A stretch of DNA of 64,000 bases. Source: an uncultured Acidobacteriota bacterium (GTDB lineage: Bacteria; Acidobacteriota; Vicinamibacteria; Vicinamibacterales; SCN-69-37). The notes beneath the pieces are model-generated. The model was given only the letters and a program-made list of their open reading frames with translations. It made no database searches and had not been told where the DNA came from. The stretch spans positions 319,761 through 383,760 of the forward strand of contig CAWADF010000002.1 in NCBI GenBank assembly GCA_963780855.1, written 5' to 3'. Position numbers and translations under genes: made by a program. Shown piece by piece: positions 23,271 through 34,500 of the stretch (positions are counted from its first letter, which is position 1; each line of letters starts with the position of its first letter).

Positions 23271-24828
23271 TTGGCCACTGCCCCGCTTACGACTAACGCG
23301 GACTCGGCGACGCGAAGTCGACCGCGCCTTCTTCGGCCATCCGCGCGGCCTCTCCACGCTCTTCTTCACCGAGATGTGGGAGCGCTTCCGCTACTACGGG
23401 ATGCGCGGGTTCCTCATCCTCTACATGACGGCGCCGTCGCCGCCGGCGGCATGGGCCTCGACGCCGCCACCGCCGCGCCGATCTACGGCATGTACACCTC
23501 GATGGTGTACCTGATGAGCCTGCCGGGCGGCTGGATCGCGGACCGGCTGCTCGGCCAGCGGCGCGCGGTGCTCTACGGCGGCATCCTCATCGCGTCCGGC
23601 CACTTCTCGCTGGCGGTCGCCACGACCGCGACCTTCTACCTCGGCCTCGTGCTCATCGTCCTCGGCACCGGCCTCCTCAAGCCGAACATCAGCGTCATCG
23701 TCGGCCAGCTGTACGCGCAGAAGGACGTCCGCCGCGACGCCGGCGTTCTCGATCTTCTACATGGGCATCAACCTCGGCGCCTTCCTCGGCCCGCTCGTCA
23801 CCGGGTATCTCGCGCAGACCGACAGCTTCAAAGCGCGGCTCACCGGCTGGGGCCTCGATCCGAACTCCGCCTGGCATTGGGGCTTCGGCGCCGCGGGCGT
23901 CGGCATGACGCTCGGCTTCATTCAGTACGTGCTCGGCGGCACGCGCGCTCGGCGCCGCGGGCCTGCACCCGACGTCGGCCGGCACTCCGGCCGCGGACGC
24001 GCAGTACCGTCGCCGCGCCTGGCTCGGTCTTGGCGCCGCCGCGCTGGTGCTCGTCGTCGTTCGGCGTCGGGCTGGCGACCGGCTCGCTTCCGATCACGGC
24101 CGAGCAGATCGTCGGCGCCTACGGCTACCTGCTGCTCGCCATCACCGTCGGCGTTCTTCGCCTGGCTGTTCCTCGGGATCGAGCTGGACGCGCGAGGAGC
24201 GCGGCCGGCTTATCGCTGATCGTCGTCTTCTTCGTCGCCGCGGCGCTCTTCTGGTCGGTCTTCGAGCAGGCCGGGTCGACGCTCAATCTCTTCGCGGATC
24301 GCAGCACGGACAACACGATCTTCGGCTGGTCGTTCCCGAGCAGCTGCTTGCAGTCGCTCAACGCGCTGTTCATCTTCATGCTCGCGCCGGTCTTCGCGTG
24401 GCTGTGGGTCAGGCTGGGGCCGCGCGAGCCGACGAGCCCCGCCAAGTTCGCCGTCGGCCTGGTCGGCGTGGGCCTCGGCTTCCTCGTGCTCGTGCCGGGC
24501 GCGCAAATCGCCGGCACTGGCGTCAAGGTCGGCGTCATCTGGCTGTTCTCGTCTACCTGATCCACACGCTCGGCGAGCTGTGCCTCAGCCCGGTCGGCCT
24601 GAGCTCGATGACCAAGCTCGCGCCCGCGCGCGTCGTCGGCCTGATGATGGGCGTGTGGTTCCTCGGCGCGTCGGTCGGCAACTACCTCGGCGGCCAGGCC
24701 GCGTCGTTCTACGAGTCGATGCCGCTGCCGACGCTGCTCGGCCGTCGGCGATCCTGCCCATCGCGGCCGGCGTCGTCATGTTCGTCTTCCGCAAACCCCT
24801 CACGCGGCTCGGCGGCGACGCGCTCTGA
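23271..24828 (+). CDS. POT/PTR-family di-/tripeptide MFS transporter (frameshifted)
   Basis: [42 protein letters not shown] and [11 protein letters not shown] across frames. Confidence 0.9.
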
Positions 24829-24834
24829 GATCGC

Positions 24835-25617
24835 ATGGCGCTCGACGAATACCGGCGCAAGCGCGACTTCTCGAAGTCGCCCGAGCCCACGGGCGCCGAA
24901 GGCAAGGGCCGCGCTCGAAGAAGCCGCAACGCGGTTCTTCTGCGTCCAGAAGCACCTGGCGAGCTCAGCTCCACTACGACTTCCGCCTCGAGCACCACGG
25001 GGTGCTGCTCTCGTGGGCCGTGCCGAAAGGACCGTCGCTCGACCCCAAGGTCAAGCGGCTCGCCATGCACGTCGAAGATCATCCGGTCGAGTACGGCTCG
25101 TTCGAGGGCGTGATCCCCGAAGGCTACGGCGCCGGCATCGTCATGCTGTGGGACCGCGGCACGTGGACGCCCGAGACCGACGACGTGGACGCGGCGCTGG
25201 CCAAGGGCGACCTGAAGTTCACGCTGGACGGCTACAAGCTCAAGGGCTCGTGGGTGCTGGTGCGCACGCGGTGGCTACGGGGGATCACGCGGTCAGGGCA
25301 AGAGCTGGCTGCTCATCAAGCACCGGGACGAGTGGTCGGGCGACCTCGACATCGCGACCTTCGCGCCGCTGAGCGTCAAGAGCAACCTGGACTTCCACGA
25401 AATCCTGGCCCAAGACGACCCGGCCGTCTGGCGAACGAATCGCCCGGCCGAGGGCGTCGCCAATGCTATGCTTCGCGAGGTCATCGAGAAGGCGGCGGCG
25501 CTCAGGCTCGGCCGGAAGGTCCGGCCGGCGCGCTCGACCCGAACCAGGCCGGCGAGTGCGACGCGACCGGCCAGGGGCAGCGCGCGACCCAAGGCGCGCG
25601 CCAGGCGGAAGCCGTAA
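24835..25617 (+). CDS. Stand-alone LigD 3'-phosphoesterase (PE) domain protein with basic C-terminal tail (frameshifted)
   Basis: [48 protein letters not shown] and WLLIKHRD; stop at 25615-25617. Confidence 0.85.
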
Positions 25618-25644
25618 GCCCGCGTCGCTCGGGGGAGAGTAAAC

Positions 25645-26052
25645 ATGAAGAAGACGCTGCTCGTCGCCATGGCCGTCGCCCTGGCCGCCTCGCTGCCGGC
25701 CCGCGCGCAGCAGGCCCAGGACAAACCCGCCGCGCCGCCGGAGAAGGCGGCTGGATCGGTCGCCGGCAAGTGGGATGTGACGATCGAAACCGACCAGGGT
25801 CAGATGCAGTCGCTGCTCGAGATGAAGCTCGAGGGCAAGAAGATCACCGGGACCATCACGAGCCCCCAGGGCGCCGCCCCGCTCGAGGGCGAGTTCGCCG
25901 ACAGCAAGCTGACGTTCTCGATCGCGTTCGACTCCCCGAACGGCTCGATGAACATCGCCTTCAGCGCAACGTTCAAGGACGACGCCCTCACCGGTACGCT
26001 CGATTTCGGTCAGGGCCAGATCCCGTGGCACGCCACGCGCTCCAAGAGCTGA
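25645..26052 (+). CDS. Small secreted beta-rich protein, paralog A
   Basis: Signal peptide; VAGKWDV...LEMKLEGKKITGT...W.A.R; GGAGAG RBS. Confidence 0.7.
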   Translation: MKKTLLVAMAVALAASLPARAQQAQDKPAAPPEKAAGSVAGKWDVTIETDQGQMQSLLEMKLEGKKITGTITSPQGAAPLEGEFADSKLTFSIAFDSPNGSMNIAFSATFKDDALTGTLDFGQGQIPWHATRSKS

Positions 26053-26055
26053 GCC

Positions 26056-26463
26056 ATGCGCACCCGTCACACGGTCATCGCGTTGGTTGTGCTCGCGAGC
26101 GCGTTGGTCGCGCGAGCCCAGACGCCGACGCCGGCGCCAAAGGCTCCTGACCTCACCGGCAAGTGGACGATGTCGCTCGAGCTGTCGATTGGCCCAGCGA
26201 CGACGGCGCTGGATCTGAAACAGGACGGCGAGAAGATCACGGGCACCTACACGGGCCGGTACGGCACCTCCCCGCTGCAGGGCACCCTCAAGGGGCGCGC
26301 GCTGCAGTTTGCCGTGCAGCTCAACGCCGAAGGCCAGGACGTGACAATGAACTTCAGCGGCGAGGTCGCCGCCGACGCCCAGTCGATGAAGGGACAGGCG
26401 ACGATCGAAGGACTCGGCGACGCGACGTGGACCGCGCGTCGTGACAAGGGCGGACCGCCCTAG
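26056..26463 (+). CDS. Small secreted beta-rich protein, paralog B
   Basis: Signal peptide; LTGKWTM...LDLKQDGEKITGT...WTARR; visibly similar to the preceding gene. Confidence 0.7.
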   Translation: MRTRHTVIALVVLASALVARAQTPTPAPKAPDLTGKWTMSLELSIGPATTALDLKQDGEKITGTYTGRYGTSPLQGTLKGRALQFAVQLNAEGQDVTMNFSGEVAADAQSMKGQATIEGLGDATWTARRDKGGPP

Positions 26464-27430
26464 CCCATCAGCAGCCGGTCGGCGAGCACGGCCCAGATGG
26501 CGGCGCGCAGCCGCGGGCGGTCGTGCCGCGCGATCGGCCGCCGCCAGAACGATCCCTCGACCACCCGGCAGCTCGGCGGCACCTTGCCGAGCGGCAGCGG
26601 CGATTTGTGCTCGCGCGCGTAGCGCTCGAGCACCTCGTCGCTCGGCGCGCTGACGTTGAACACGAGCACGTCGATCGGCCGGCCGATGGCCTCCGCCAGG
26701 CGCGCGGCCTCGGCGCCGGCCGTGAAGCCCGCCATCCCCCGGCCTTCGGTGAGCAGATTGGCGATGCAGATCACGGGACCTGGCATGTCCGCGAGCGCCT
26801 CACGCACGCCGTTCACGAGGAAGATCGGCAGCAGGCTCGTGTAGAAGCTGCCGGGGCCGATGATCACGGCGTCGAGCGATCGGATGGCGTCGGCCACGCG
26901 CGCGGATGCAGCGCCACCGGCGGATCGAGCCACAGCCGGCCGATCGGCCGCCCGCCGGCCTGTCCCGCGTCCACTTCGACTTCGCCGCGCGTCGTCGATC
27001 CGTCGGCGTACTCGGCGCAGAGCGTCGCGCGCTCGACGGTGATCGGCCAGACGTGGCCCCGGCAGCCGAGCAGCGCGCGAAGGCCGTCCACCGCCGCCAT
27101 GAAGTCGCCGGTGTACTGCTCCATCATCGAGAGCAGCAGGTTGCCGCCGGTGTGGCCGGCCAGCCTGCCGTGTTCCAGCATCGGCAGCCGCGCGAGCAGG
27201 ATCTCGCGCGCCTCGCGCTCGTTTCTGGCGAGCGCGAGCGCGCATTTCAGCACGTCGCCGGGCGGCAGCACGCCCAGCTCATCGCGCAGCTGGCCGGACG
27301 AGCCGCCGCTGTCGAACATCGTCACGATGGCGTGAAGGTCGACCCAGGGATTGTGCTTGAGGCCGCCGAGCAGGCTGGGCAGACCGGTGCCGCCGCCGAA
27401 GCAGCCCACTTTGAGAACGCGCAACCGCAC
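26460..27430 (-). CDS. YvcK/GlmR (CofD-related) gluconeogenesis factor family protein (frameshift near 26905)
   Basis: GGGTGL, DSGGSSG.LR, PPGD, GHTGGNL and IGPGSFYTSLLP. Confidence 0.88.
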
Positions 27431-27519
27431 GCGGCTATTCTAGTCGGAGCGACGGCTCGCCCACGGAGGCCCGCCGCGCGCGGCCCGCATGTGGCAGGCC
27501 CCGGTACAATGCGAAGACG

Positions 27520-28220
27520 ATGGCGACCCTGGAACTCTCCAAGACGTCTCGGCACGCGTTCGAGCAGATGGCGGGGGATCTCCGCCGCATTTTCGGTCAG
27601 CGGCTCGTCGCGCTGGTCGCCTTTGGCTCGTCGGCCAGCATGGCATTTGCGCGATCGCATCGCGGCCGAGGATCTCGACGCGTGCGCGGCGCTGGTGGAG
27701 TCGTGGCGGCGCGACGGCCTGGCGCCGCCGCTCGTGATGACGCCCGAAGAGTTCCGCCGATCGCTCGACGCCTTCCCGTTGGAATTCGCGGCCATGCTCG
27801 ACGCGCACGTCGTCATTGTCGGCGACGACCCGTTCGCGGGCGTCGCCATCGATCCCGAGCGATCTCCGTCGGGCCTGCGAAGTCCAGGCGAGCGGGCTGC
27901 TGATTCATCTGCGCCAGGGCTGGCTCGACGCCGCCGGTCATGCGCGATCGGCACGCGGAGCTGGTCGAGGAGTCGTCGGGCCCGCTGCGTCAGCTGCTGA
28001 AGCACGTGGCGCGCCTCGAAGGCGCCCGCGCGACCGACGACGACGCACTGGCTGACATTCGCGACCGAGCGGCTCTCGGCTTCCGGGGGATCTGATCAAG
28101 GCGATCCTCGCGCTGGACGAGGCACCGGAATCGGCGCGTCACGTCGCGGAGCGGCTGCCCGAGTACCTGGCCGCCGCCGAGCGTCTCTGGACGTTCGTGG
28201 ATTCGTGGCGGTCGCGGTGA
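27520..28220 (+). CDS. Nucleotidyltransferase-like protein of LemA/TPM clusters (frameshifted)
   Basis: DLRRIFGQRLVALVAFGS, EFRRSLDAFPLEF and DLRRACE across frames. Confidence 0.6.
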
Positions 28221-29014
28221 CCCGCAGGATTGCCGCCCTGATTGTCGTGTGTCTGGCGCTGGCGGGCGCCCCCGCCCTCGCGCAGAGCCTGCCGGCCCTC
28301 ACGGGCCCCGTCAACGACCTCGCGCACGTCATCGACGCGGACAGCGCGCGCGAGCTCGATCGCCGGATTCGCGCGCTCGAGACGACGACCAAGGACGCGG
28401 TGGTGGTCGTGACGGTGCCGTCGTACGCGCCGTTCGGATCGATCGAGGAGTACGCCGTCGCGTCTGTTCGAGCACGCCGGCATCGGCCAGCGCGGGCAAG
28501 GACAACGGCGTGCTGATCGTGGTCGCGGTCAACGAGCGCCGGGTGCGGATCGAGCCTGGCTACGGTCTGGAGGAGTTCATCACCGACGGCTTCGCCGGCG
28601 ACACGATCCGGCAGGCGATGCTCCCGGAGTTCCGGGCGGGCCGCTACGGCGCGGGGCTGGTCGCCGGCACGACGCGGGTGATCCGCAGGATCGCCGACGG
28701 CCGGGGCGTGACCGTTCCGGACTTGCCAGCGGCGCCGGCAGCCGCGCCGTCAGGGAGCGCGCCGCGGATTCCGCTCGGCCTGATCATTACCGTGATCATC
28801 GTCATCATTCTGATGTCCCGCCGATCGCGGCCCGCCGGGGTACCGTCGCCGCGGACCGTGGGGCGGTTGGATGGGAGGCCTCGGCGGATTTGGCGGCGGC
28901 TATCGCGGCGGCGGCGGATTCGGGGGCGGATTCGGCGGCGGATTCGGCGGCGGCGGATTCGGCGGATTTGGCGGCGGCCGCAGCGGCGGCGGCGGCGCGT
29001 CGGGCGGCTGGTAG
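28217..29014 (+). CDS. TPM-domain protein with Gly-rich C-terminus (frameshifted)
   Basis: GPVNDLAHVID, KDNGVLIVVA, RIEPGYGLE and a GGFGGG...SGGGGASGGW tail. Confidence 0.85.
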
Positions 29015-29061
29015 CGCGACGCCCGCGCCCGCAGTACAAGTGACATCGTAGGAGCAGGATC

Positions 29062-29655
29062 ATGAGACAACGTTGGACGCGCGTACTGGGTCTGGCCGTG
29101 CTCGCGGGCGCGATCGCGCTCGGCAGCGGCTGTTCGTACAACAAGTTCACGACGCAGGAAGAAGCGATCAAGGCGCAGTGGAGCCAGGTCGAGAACCAGC
29201 TGCAGCGGCGCAACGACCTCATCCCGAATCTCGTGGAGACCGTGAAGGGCTTCGCGGCGCAGGAGCAGAGCGTCTTCCAGTCGGTCGCCGACGCGCGCGC
29301 CAAGATGGCCGGCGCGCAGACGCCGACCGACAAGATCGCCGCCGCCAACGCGGAGTCCAGCGCGCTCGCCCGGCTGCTCGTCGTCGTCGAGAACTACCCT
29401 CAGCTCAAGTCGGATGCGCAGTTCATGCGCCTGCAGGACGAGCTCGCCGGCACCGAGAATCGCCTGGCCACCGAGCGCATGCGCTACAACCAGGCCGTCC
29501 AGGACTACAACACGTCGCGACGGAAGTTCCCGGCCAACATGACCGCCAAGATCTTTGGATTCAAGGAGTACCCGTACTTCGAGGCGCCGGACGATGCCAA
29601 GGCGGTGCCCAAGGTGAACTTCGGGCGCGGCAGAGGCGGCGGAGGCGGCGTCTAG
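29062..29655 (+). CDS. lemA: LemA family protein
   Basis: WSQVENQLQRRNDLIPNLVETVKG, ENYPQLKS and ELAGTENR. Confidence 0.93.
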   Translation: MRQRWTRVLGLAVLAGAIALGSGCSYNKFTTQEEAIKAQWSQVENQLQRRNDLIPNLVETVKGFAAQEQSVFQSVADARAKMAGAQTPTDKIAAANAESSALARLLVVVENYPQLKSDAQFMRLQDELAGTENRLATERMRYNQAVQDYNTSRRKFPANMTAKIFGFKEYPYFEAPDDAKAVPKVNFGRGRGGGGGV

Positions 29656-29674
29656 CCAGCGTCGCGGCGGACCG

Positions 29675-30175
29675 ATGACGCTGAAGGACTGGCTTCTCCC
29701 GGAGTTCGATCACGAGATGGCGATCACGCGCCGTCTCCTCGAGCGAATTCCGGAGGCCGCCTTCGACTGGAAGCCGCACGATCGCGCGTTCTCGCTGGGC
29801 CATCTCGCCACGCACCTGGCGAAGCTGCCCCACTGGGGCACGGCAATCCTCGACCATGACACGCACGACCTGCGCGAGGGCAACGGCCAGCCGCCATCGA
29901 CCGAAGCGACGCGGGCAGCGGTCCTCGCGCTGTTCGATCGCAACGTCACGGAGGTCCGGCGCGGGCTCATCAACTGCAACGAAGCCGATCTTCAGGCGCC
30001 GTGGACGCTGACGCAGGGTGGAAGGACCGTGATGTCGCTCCCGCGGGCGTCCGCGTTTCGCAGCTTCCTGCTCAGCCACGTCATTCACCATCGCGGCCAG
30101 CTGACCATCTACCTGCGCATGCAGAACGTGCCCTTGCCGCCCATCTACGGCCCCTCGGCCGACGAGACAATGTGA
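29675..30175 (+). CDS. DinB-family protein
   Basis: WKPH...LGHLATHL and HVIHHRGQLTIYLR...PPIYGP. Confidence 0.88.
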   Translation: MTLKDWLLPEFDHEMAITRRLLERIPEAAFDWKPHDRAFSLGHLATHLAKLPHWGTAILDHDTHDLREGNGQPPSTEATRAAVLALFDRNVTEVRRGLINCNEADLQAPWTLTQGGRTVMSLPRASAFRSFLLSHVIHHRGQLTIYLRMQNVPLPPIYGPSADETM

Positions 30176-31644
30176 CGCCGCGGGTCGGGCTGCCGCTGGC
30201 GGCGATCGCCTTTGCGATCGTCGCGACGGCCAATGCCGGCGGGTACCGATTTGGCGTGTCCGATCAGGCCTACTACGAGCCGGCGATCGCGCGCGTCGCC
30301 AATCCCGCGCTCTTCCCGCGTGACAGCGGGCTGCTGGAGGTCCAGTCGCGATTCCTGGGCTCCGTCCACCTGCTGGGCGACGTCGCCGGCCTGACCGGTG
30401 CCGGCCTGCCGGCGATCTTTCTCGTTACGTACGCGCTCACGATGGCCGGGCTGTTCGCGGCGTCGGTGCTGATCGCGCGGCGGCTTGGCTTGTCGTGGTG
30501 GGCCGCGGCCGCCTTTCTCGTGTTGCTGACGCTGAGGCATCGCATCGCCAGGACCGGCGCGAACTCGATCGAAGGCTACATGCACCCGCGGATGCTGGCG
30601 TTCGTCTTCGGACTGGCGGCAAGTGCGGCCCTGCTCCGCGGGCGCGCCGTCGCAGCCGTCGCTTGGACGCTCGTGTCCGGCGTCATGCATCCGACCACGG
30701 GCCTCTGGTTTTCGGTCGTCGTGGCCGTGGCGCTGGCCTCGGCGCGTCCGGCTTGGCGGAAAGGCGTGGCCCTGGCCGCGGCAGTGGCCGTTGTGGGTGC
30801 GTGCGTGCTCGCTCTGGCTGGACCGCTCGCCGGACGTCTCACCGTCATGGACGCTGACTGGCTGAGCGTCCTCGCCGACAAGGACTACGTGTTTCCGTCC
30901 GAGTGGCCGGCCTATGCGTGGCTGCTCAATCTTGCCTACCCGATCGTGATCGCGCTCGTGTACCGGGCGCGCCGGCGGGTCGGCGTCGCACGCCCGGCCG
31001 AGGGCGCAGTCGTCACGGGTCTGCTGGCACTCGTGCTGCTGTTCCTGCTCTCGGTCCCCTTCTCGGCGGCACGCGTGGCCATCGCCGTGCAGCTGCAGGT
31101 CAACCGCGTGTTCTGGGTCACCGACTACTTCGCGATGGCGTACCTCGCGTGGTGGCTGGTGGACCGACGGGCCGCCGGCCGCGCACGCGGCGTTGCCGTC
31201 GCGGTGCTGGCCACGCTCGCCATCGTGCGCGGCGCCTACGTGCTCCGCGTGGAGGCCGACCGTTCGCTCTTCCAGGCCTCGCTGCCCACCTCGACGTGGA
31301 CCGACGCGTTGACGTGGCTGCGATCGCAGCCGGCCGACTGGTTCGTCCTCGCCGACCCCGGGCACGCCTGGAAGTACGGCGTCAGCGTTCGCGTGGGCGC
31401 CCATCGGGACACCCTGCTCGAGTCTGGCAAGGACTCGTCGATGGCGATGTACGATCGGAGTGTCGCCCTCCGCGTAAAGGACCGCACGGCCGCGCTGGCG
31501 GACTTCGAGACCCTGGACACCGCTGGCGTGCGCGCGCTGGCCAGCCGTTATCATCTCGACGTGCTCGTCGATCACAAGACCCGTCGCCTGGACTTGCCCG
31601 TGCTCTACGAAAACGCCGAGTTCGCGGTCTACGACCTCCGATGA
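30172..31644 (+). CDS. Polytopic membrane protein, possibly GT-C glycosyltransferase-like
   Basis: About 10 TM segments; early loop SDQAYY...LFPRD; soluble C-terminal domain ending YEN..FAVYDL; GTGA overlap with the DinB gene. Confidence 0.55.
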   Translation: MTPRVGLPLAAIAFAIVATANAGGYRFGVSDQAYYEPAIARVANPALFPRDSGLLEVQSRFLGSVHLLGDVAGLTGAGLPAIFLVTYALTMAGLFAASVLIARRLGLSWWAAAAFLVLLTLRHRIARTGANSIEGYMHPRMLAFVFGLAASAALLRGRAVAAVAWTLVSGVMHPTTGLWFSVVVAVALASARPAWRKGVALAAAVAVVGACVLALAGPLAGRLTVMDADWLSVLADKDYVFPSEWPAYAWLLNLAYPIVIALVYRARRRVGVARPAEGAVVTGLLALVLLFLLSVPFSAARVAIAVQLQVNRVFWVTDYFAMAYLAWWLVDRRAAGRARGVAVAVLATLAIVRGAYVLRVEADRSLFQASLPTSTWTDALTWLRSQPADWFVLADPGHAWKYGVSVRVGAHRDTLLESGKDSSMAMYDRSVALRVKDRTAALADFETLDTAGVRALASRYHLDVLVDHKTRRLDLPVLYENAEFAVYDLR

Positions 31645-32669
31645 GCGTCGCCGCCTTGCCGCAGGTGACCGCGCCGTCGTTCGTCCCACGGCGCTGGCTC
31701 GAGAACGGCCACGTGATGACCGTCTTCGCCTGGGCGCGACCGCGGGAGTTTCCCGGCCTGCCCGCCGCCGAGACGCCCGGCTCATCCAGATCGCCGCGGA
31801 CACGCAGGTGCTCGCGCACTGCTACTGGCAGCCTCGCCGTGCGGGACGGCCAACGCTGCTCGCCCTGCACGGCCTCGAGGGCTCGAGCGATGCCCACTAC
31901 ATGCGCGGCCTGGCCGACAAAGCCTTCCGGCGCGGCTGGAATGCCGTCCTGCTCAACCAGCGCAACTGCGGCGGCACGGAGGCACTCACGCCCGGGCCTG
32001 TACCATTCGGGGCTCACCGACGATCCCGCGCGCGGTGATCCGCGCGCTCGTCGCGAGCGACGGGCTGGGGCTGTTCGGCGTCGTCGGCTACTCGCTCGGC
32101 GGCAACCTCGCGATGAAGCTTGCGGGCGAACTGCCGGACCATCCGGACCTCGCCGATGGCCGCCGCCGTCGCCGTCAGCCCGACGATCGATCTCGAGCGA
32201 TGCGTGCGGGCGATCGAACGACAAGGTCAACCTGCCGTATCAGTGGAACTTCGTCCGGCATCTGAAAGCGCGGATGCGGCGGAAGGTCGCCGCCTGGCCC
32301 GGGACGTTCGATCTCGCGCCGCTCGCACGCATCTGCGACGATCCGGCAGTTCGACGAGGTCTACACCGCGCCGCACCACGGCTTCGCCGGCGCCAGCGAC
32401 TACTACGACCGCGCGAGCGCGATGCGCGTCGTCGATCGGATCGCGATTCCGGCGCTGATCGTGTCGGCGCAGGACGATCCGTTCGTGCCCGCTCGCGCAA
32501 TTCGACGACCCCGCGCTCGCGAACAACCGCGCCGTCGTGCGGTCGCATCGAGCGGCACGGCGGGCACTGCGGGTTCATCGCCAGCTCGTCGACGGACGAC
32601 GACGGCTACTGGGCGGAGGCGACGGCGGTCGAGTTTCTCGCCGGCGTGCCTGTCAGCGTGAGGCCGTAG
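31641..32669 (+). CDS. YheT-like alpha/beta hydrolase (frameshifted)
   Basis: NGHVMT, HGLEGSS, GYSLGGN, DDPFVP and GGHCGF. Confidence 0.85.
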   Translation: MSVAALPQVTAPSFVPRRWLENGHVMTVFAWARPREFPGLPAAETPGSSRSPRTRRCSRTATGSLAVRDGQRCSPCTASRARAMPTTCAAWPTKPSGAAGMPSCSTSATAAARRHSRPGLYHSGLTDDPARGDPRARRERRAGAVRRRRLLARRQPRDEACGRTAGPSGPRRWPPPSPSARRSISSDACGRSNDKVNLPYQWNFVRHLKARMRRKVAAWPGTFDLAPLARICDDPAVRRGLHRAAPRLRRRQRLLRPRERDARRRSDRDSGADRVGAGRSVRARSRNSTTPRSRTTAPSCGRIERHGGHCGFIASSSTDDDGYWAEATAVEFLAGVPVSVRP

Positions 32670-33379
32670 CCGGCCAGGCGTTCCGAGGAACGCGCGCGCG
32701 AACTCCGGCCCCTTCCCTTCCTCCTCGTGCTTGAAGTACACGAACACGTCGTCCCAGGCCGTCTGCTGCGCCGCGACGATGTCCGGCCCACTCGTCGAGA
32801 TCGGCAGGCGTGTAGCCCTCGTCGCGCAGCCGGAAGTAGCCGTGCCGCGCCGTCGGCGCGGACGGGCGTGGTCTTGTCGCCGAAGTCCGCGATGCACAGG
32901 GCGACGCTGGCGGGCGGTCGAGCGCAGCGATAGACGTCGTCGGTGAGCCAGGAATCGTGGCGGAACTCGAACGCGGCCCGCAGGTCCGTCGGCAGCAGTG
33001 CGAGGAATTCCTGCAGCCGTGGCAGGTCGCACTTGAACGTCGGCGGCAGCTGAAACAGGAGCGTCGCCAGGTGCGCCTCCGAGACCGCGCGCGGCCTCGC
33101 AGAAGAACTTGAGCGGTGTCGCCGCAGTCCTTCAACTTCTGCTCGTGCGTGATGCGCCGCGGAGCCTTCAGCGTGTACGTAAACCCCTCCGGCGCCTGAT
33201 CGCGCCACCCGGCCGTCATCTTCGTCGTCGGCATCCGGTAGAACGTGTAGTTGATCTCCACGGTCCGGAACCGCTCGGCATAGAACGCGAACATCTTCGC
33301 CGGCCGGGAAGCCTTCCGGGTAGAAGGTGCCGCGCCATTCCGGATAGTTGTAGCCGGACGTGCCGACGTGCACCCGCAT
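32653..33379 (-). CDS. DUF72 family protein (frameshifted; 3' end approximate)
   Basis: VGTSGYNYPEWRGTFYP, TVEINYTFYRMP, LFQLPP and FEFRHDSW. Confidence 0.88.
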
Positions 33380-33382
33380 GAC

Positions 33383-34500
33383 CTACGCTCGTTTCTGCGA
33401 CCGGAACGCCGCCAGCGACAGCACGACAGTGCCCCAGGCGGCGAGCGCCGCGAACTGGGGCCAGAGGACGTCGAAGGCCACGCCCTTCAGGAAGATGCCC
33501 CGCACGATCACCAGGAAGTACCGCAGCGGGATCAGCATCGTCACCCACTGAATCACGCGCGGCATGTTCTCGATCGGAAAGATGAAGCCCGACAGGTAGA
33601 TCATCGGCACCAGGAAGAAGAACGTCGACGTCATCATGGCCTGCTGCTGCGTCGAGGAGATCGTCGAGACGAACAGCCCGAGGCCGAGCGTGCAGACCAG
33701 ATAGACGAGGCTGCCGGCAAGCAGCAGCGCCACGCTGCCCCGCAGCGGCACCTCGAACCAATACACGGCGACCGCCAGCACCAGGAGCACGTCGATGAAG
33801 CCGATGAGCCCGTACGGCAGCAGCTTGCCGAGGATCAGCTCCCAGCGGCTGAGCGGCGTCACGTTGAGCTGCTCGAGCGTGCCGATTTCGCGCTCGCGGA
33901 CGATGGCCATCGACGACAGGTTCGCCGTGATCACCAGCAGCAGCAGCGCCAGCACGCCCGGCACCATGAAGTCACGGCTCTCCAGCTCCGGGTTGAACCA
34001 CACGCGGACCCGCCCGTCGATGGCGCCCGGCCGGACGCCGCGCCCAGCCAGCAGGCTCATGTTGAACTCGCCGACGAGGCCCGACGCATACGCCAGCGCG
34101 ACGCCCGACGAATTCGCGTCCGTGCCGTCCGCGAGCATCTGGACGACGCGCTGGCTGTCGGCGCCATGACCGGCCAGCGCCTCGCCCAGGCCGTGGGGAA
34201 TCACGATCGCCAGCCACGCGCGCCCGAGCGCGAGCTCGTCGTCCACGGCGGCCGGACTGAAGGCTTCCTTGACGATCGAAAAGTACGTCGACGCGGCGAA
34301 CCGCTCGATCAGGGCGCGACTCTCGCGGCGATCGGTCGCCATCGACGACGACGATCGGCACGTGCTCGACGTCGGTCGTCGCCGCATAGCCGAGCAGCGC
34401 CAGCTGCAGCAGCGGCGCCACGAGCACCAGGCCGAAGCAGCCGCGGCGTCTGCCGCAGCTCCAGGAACTCCTTCCAGATGAGCGTGCGGATGCGTCTCAT
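33383..34500 (-). CDS. ABC-2 permease, YbhR-like (frameshifted)
   Basis: RVWFNPEL, AIVREREIGTLEQL and LSGFIFPIENMP. Confidence 0.88.

Noticed and set aside
28880-29010. Tandem GGCGGATTC repeats
   Set aside because: They encode the ordinary GGF-rich tail of the TPM-domain protein.
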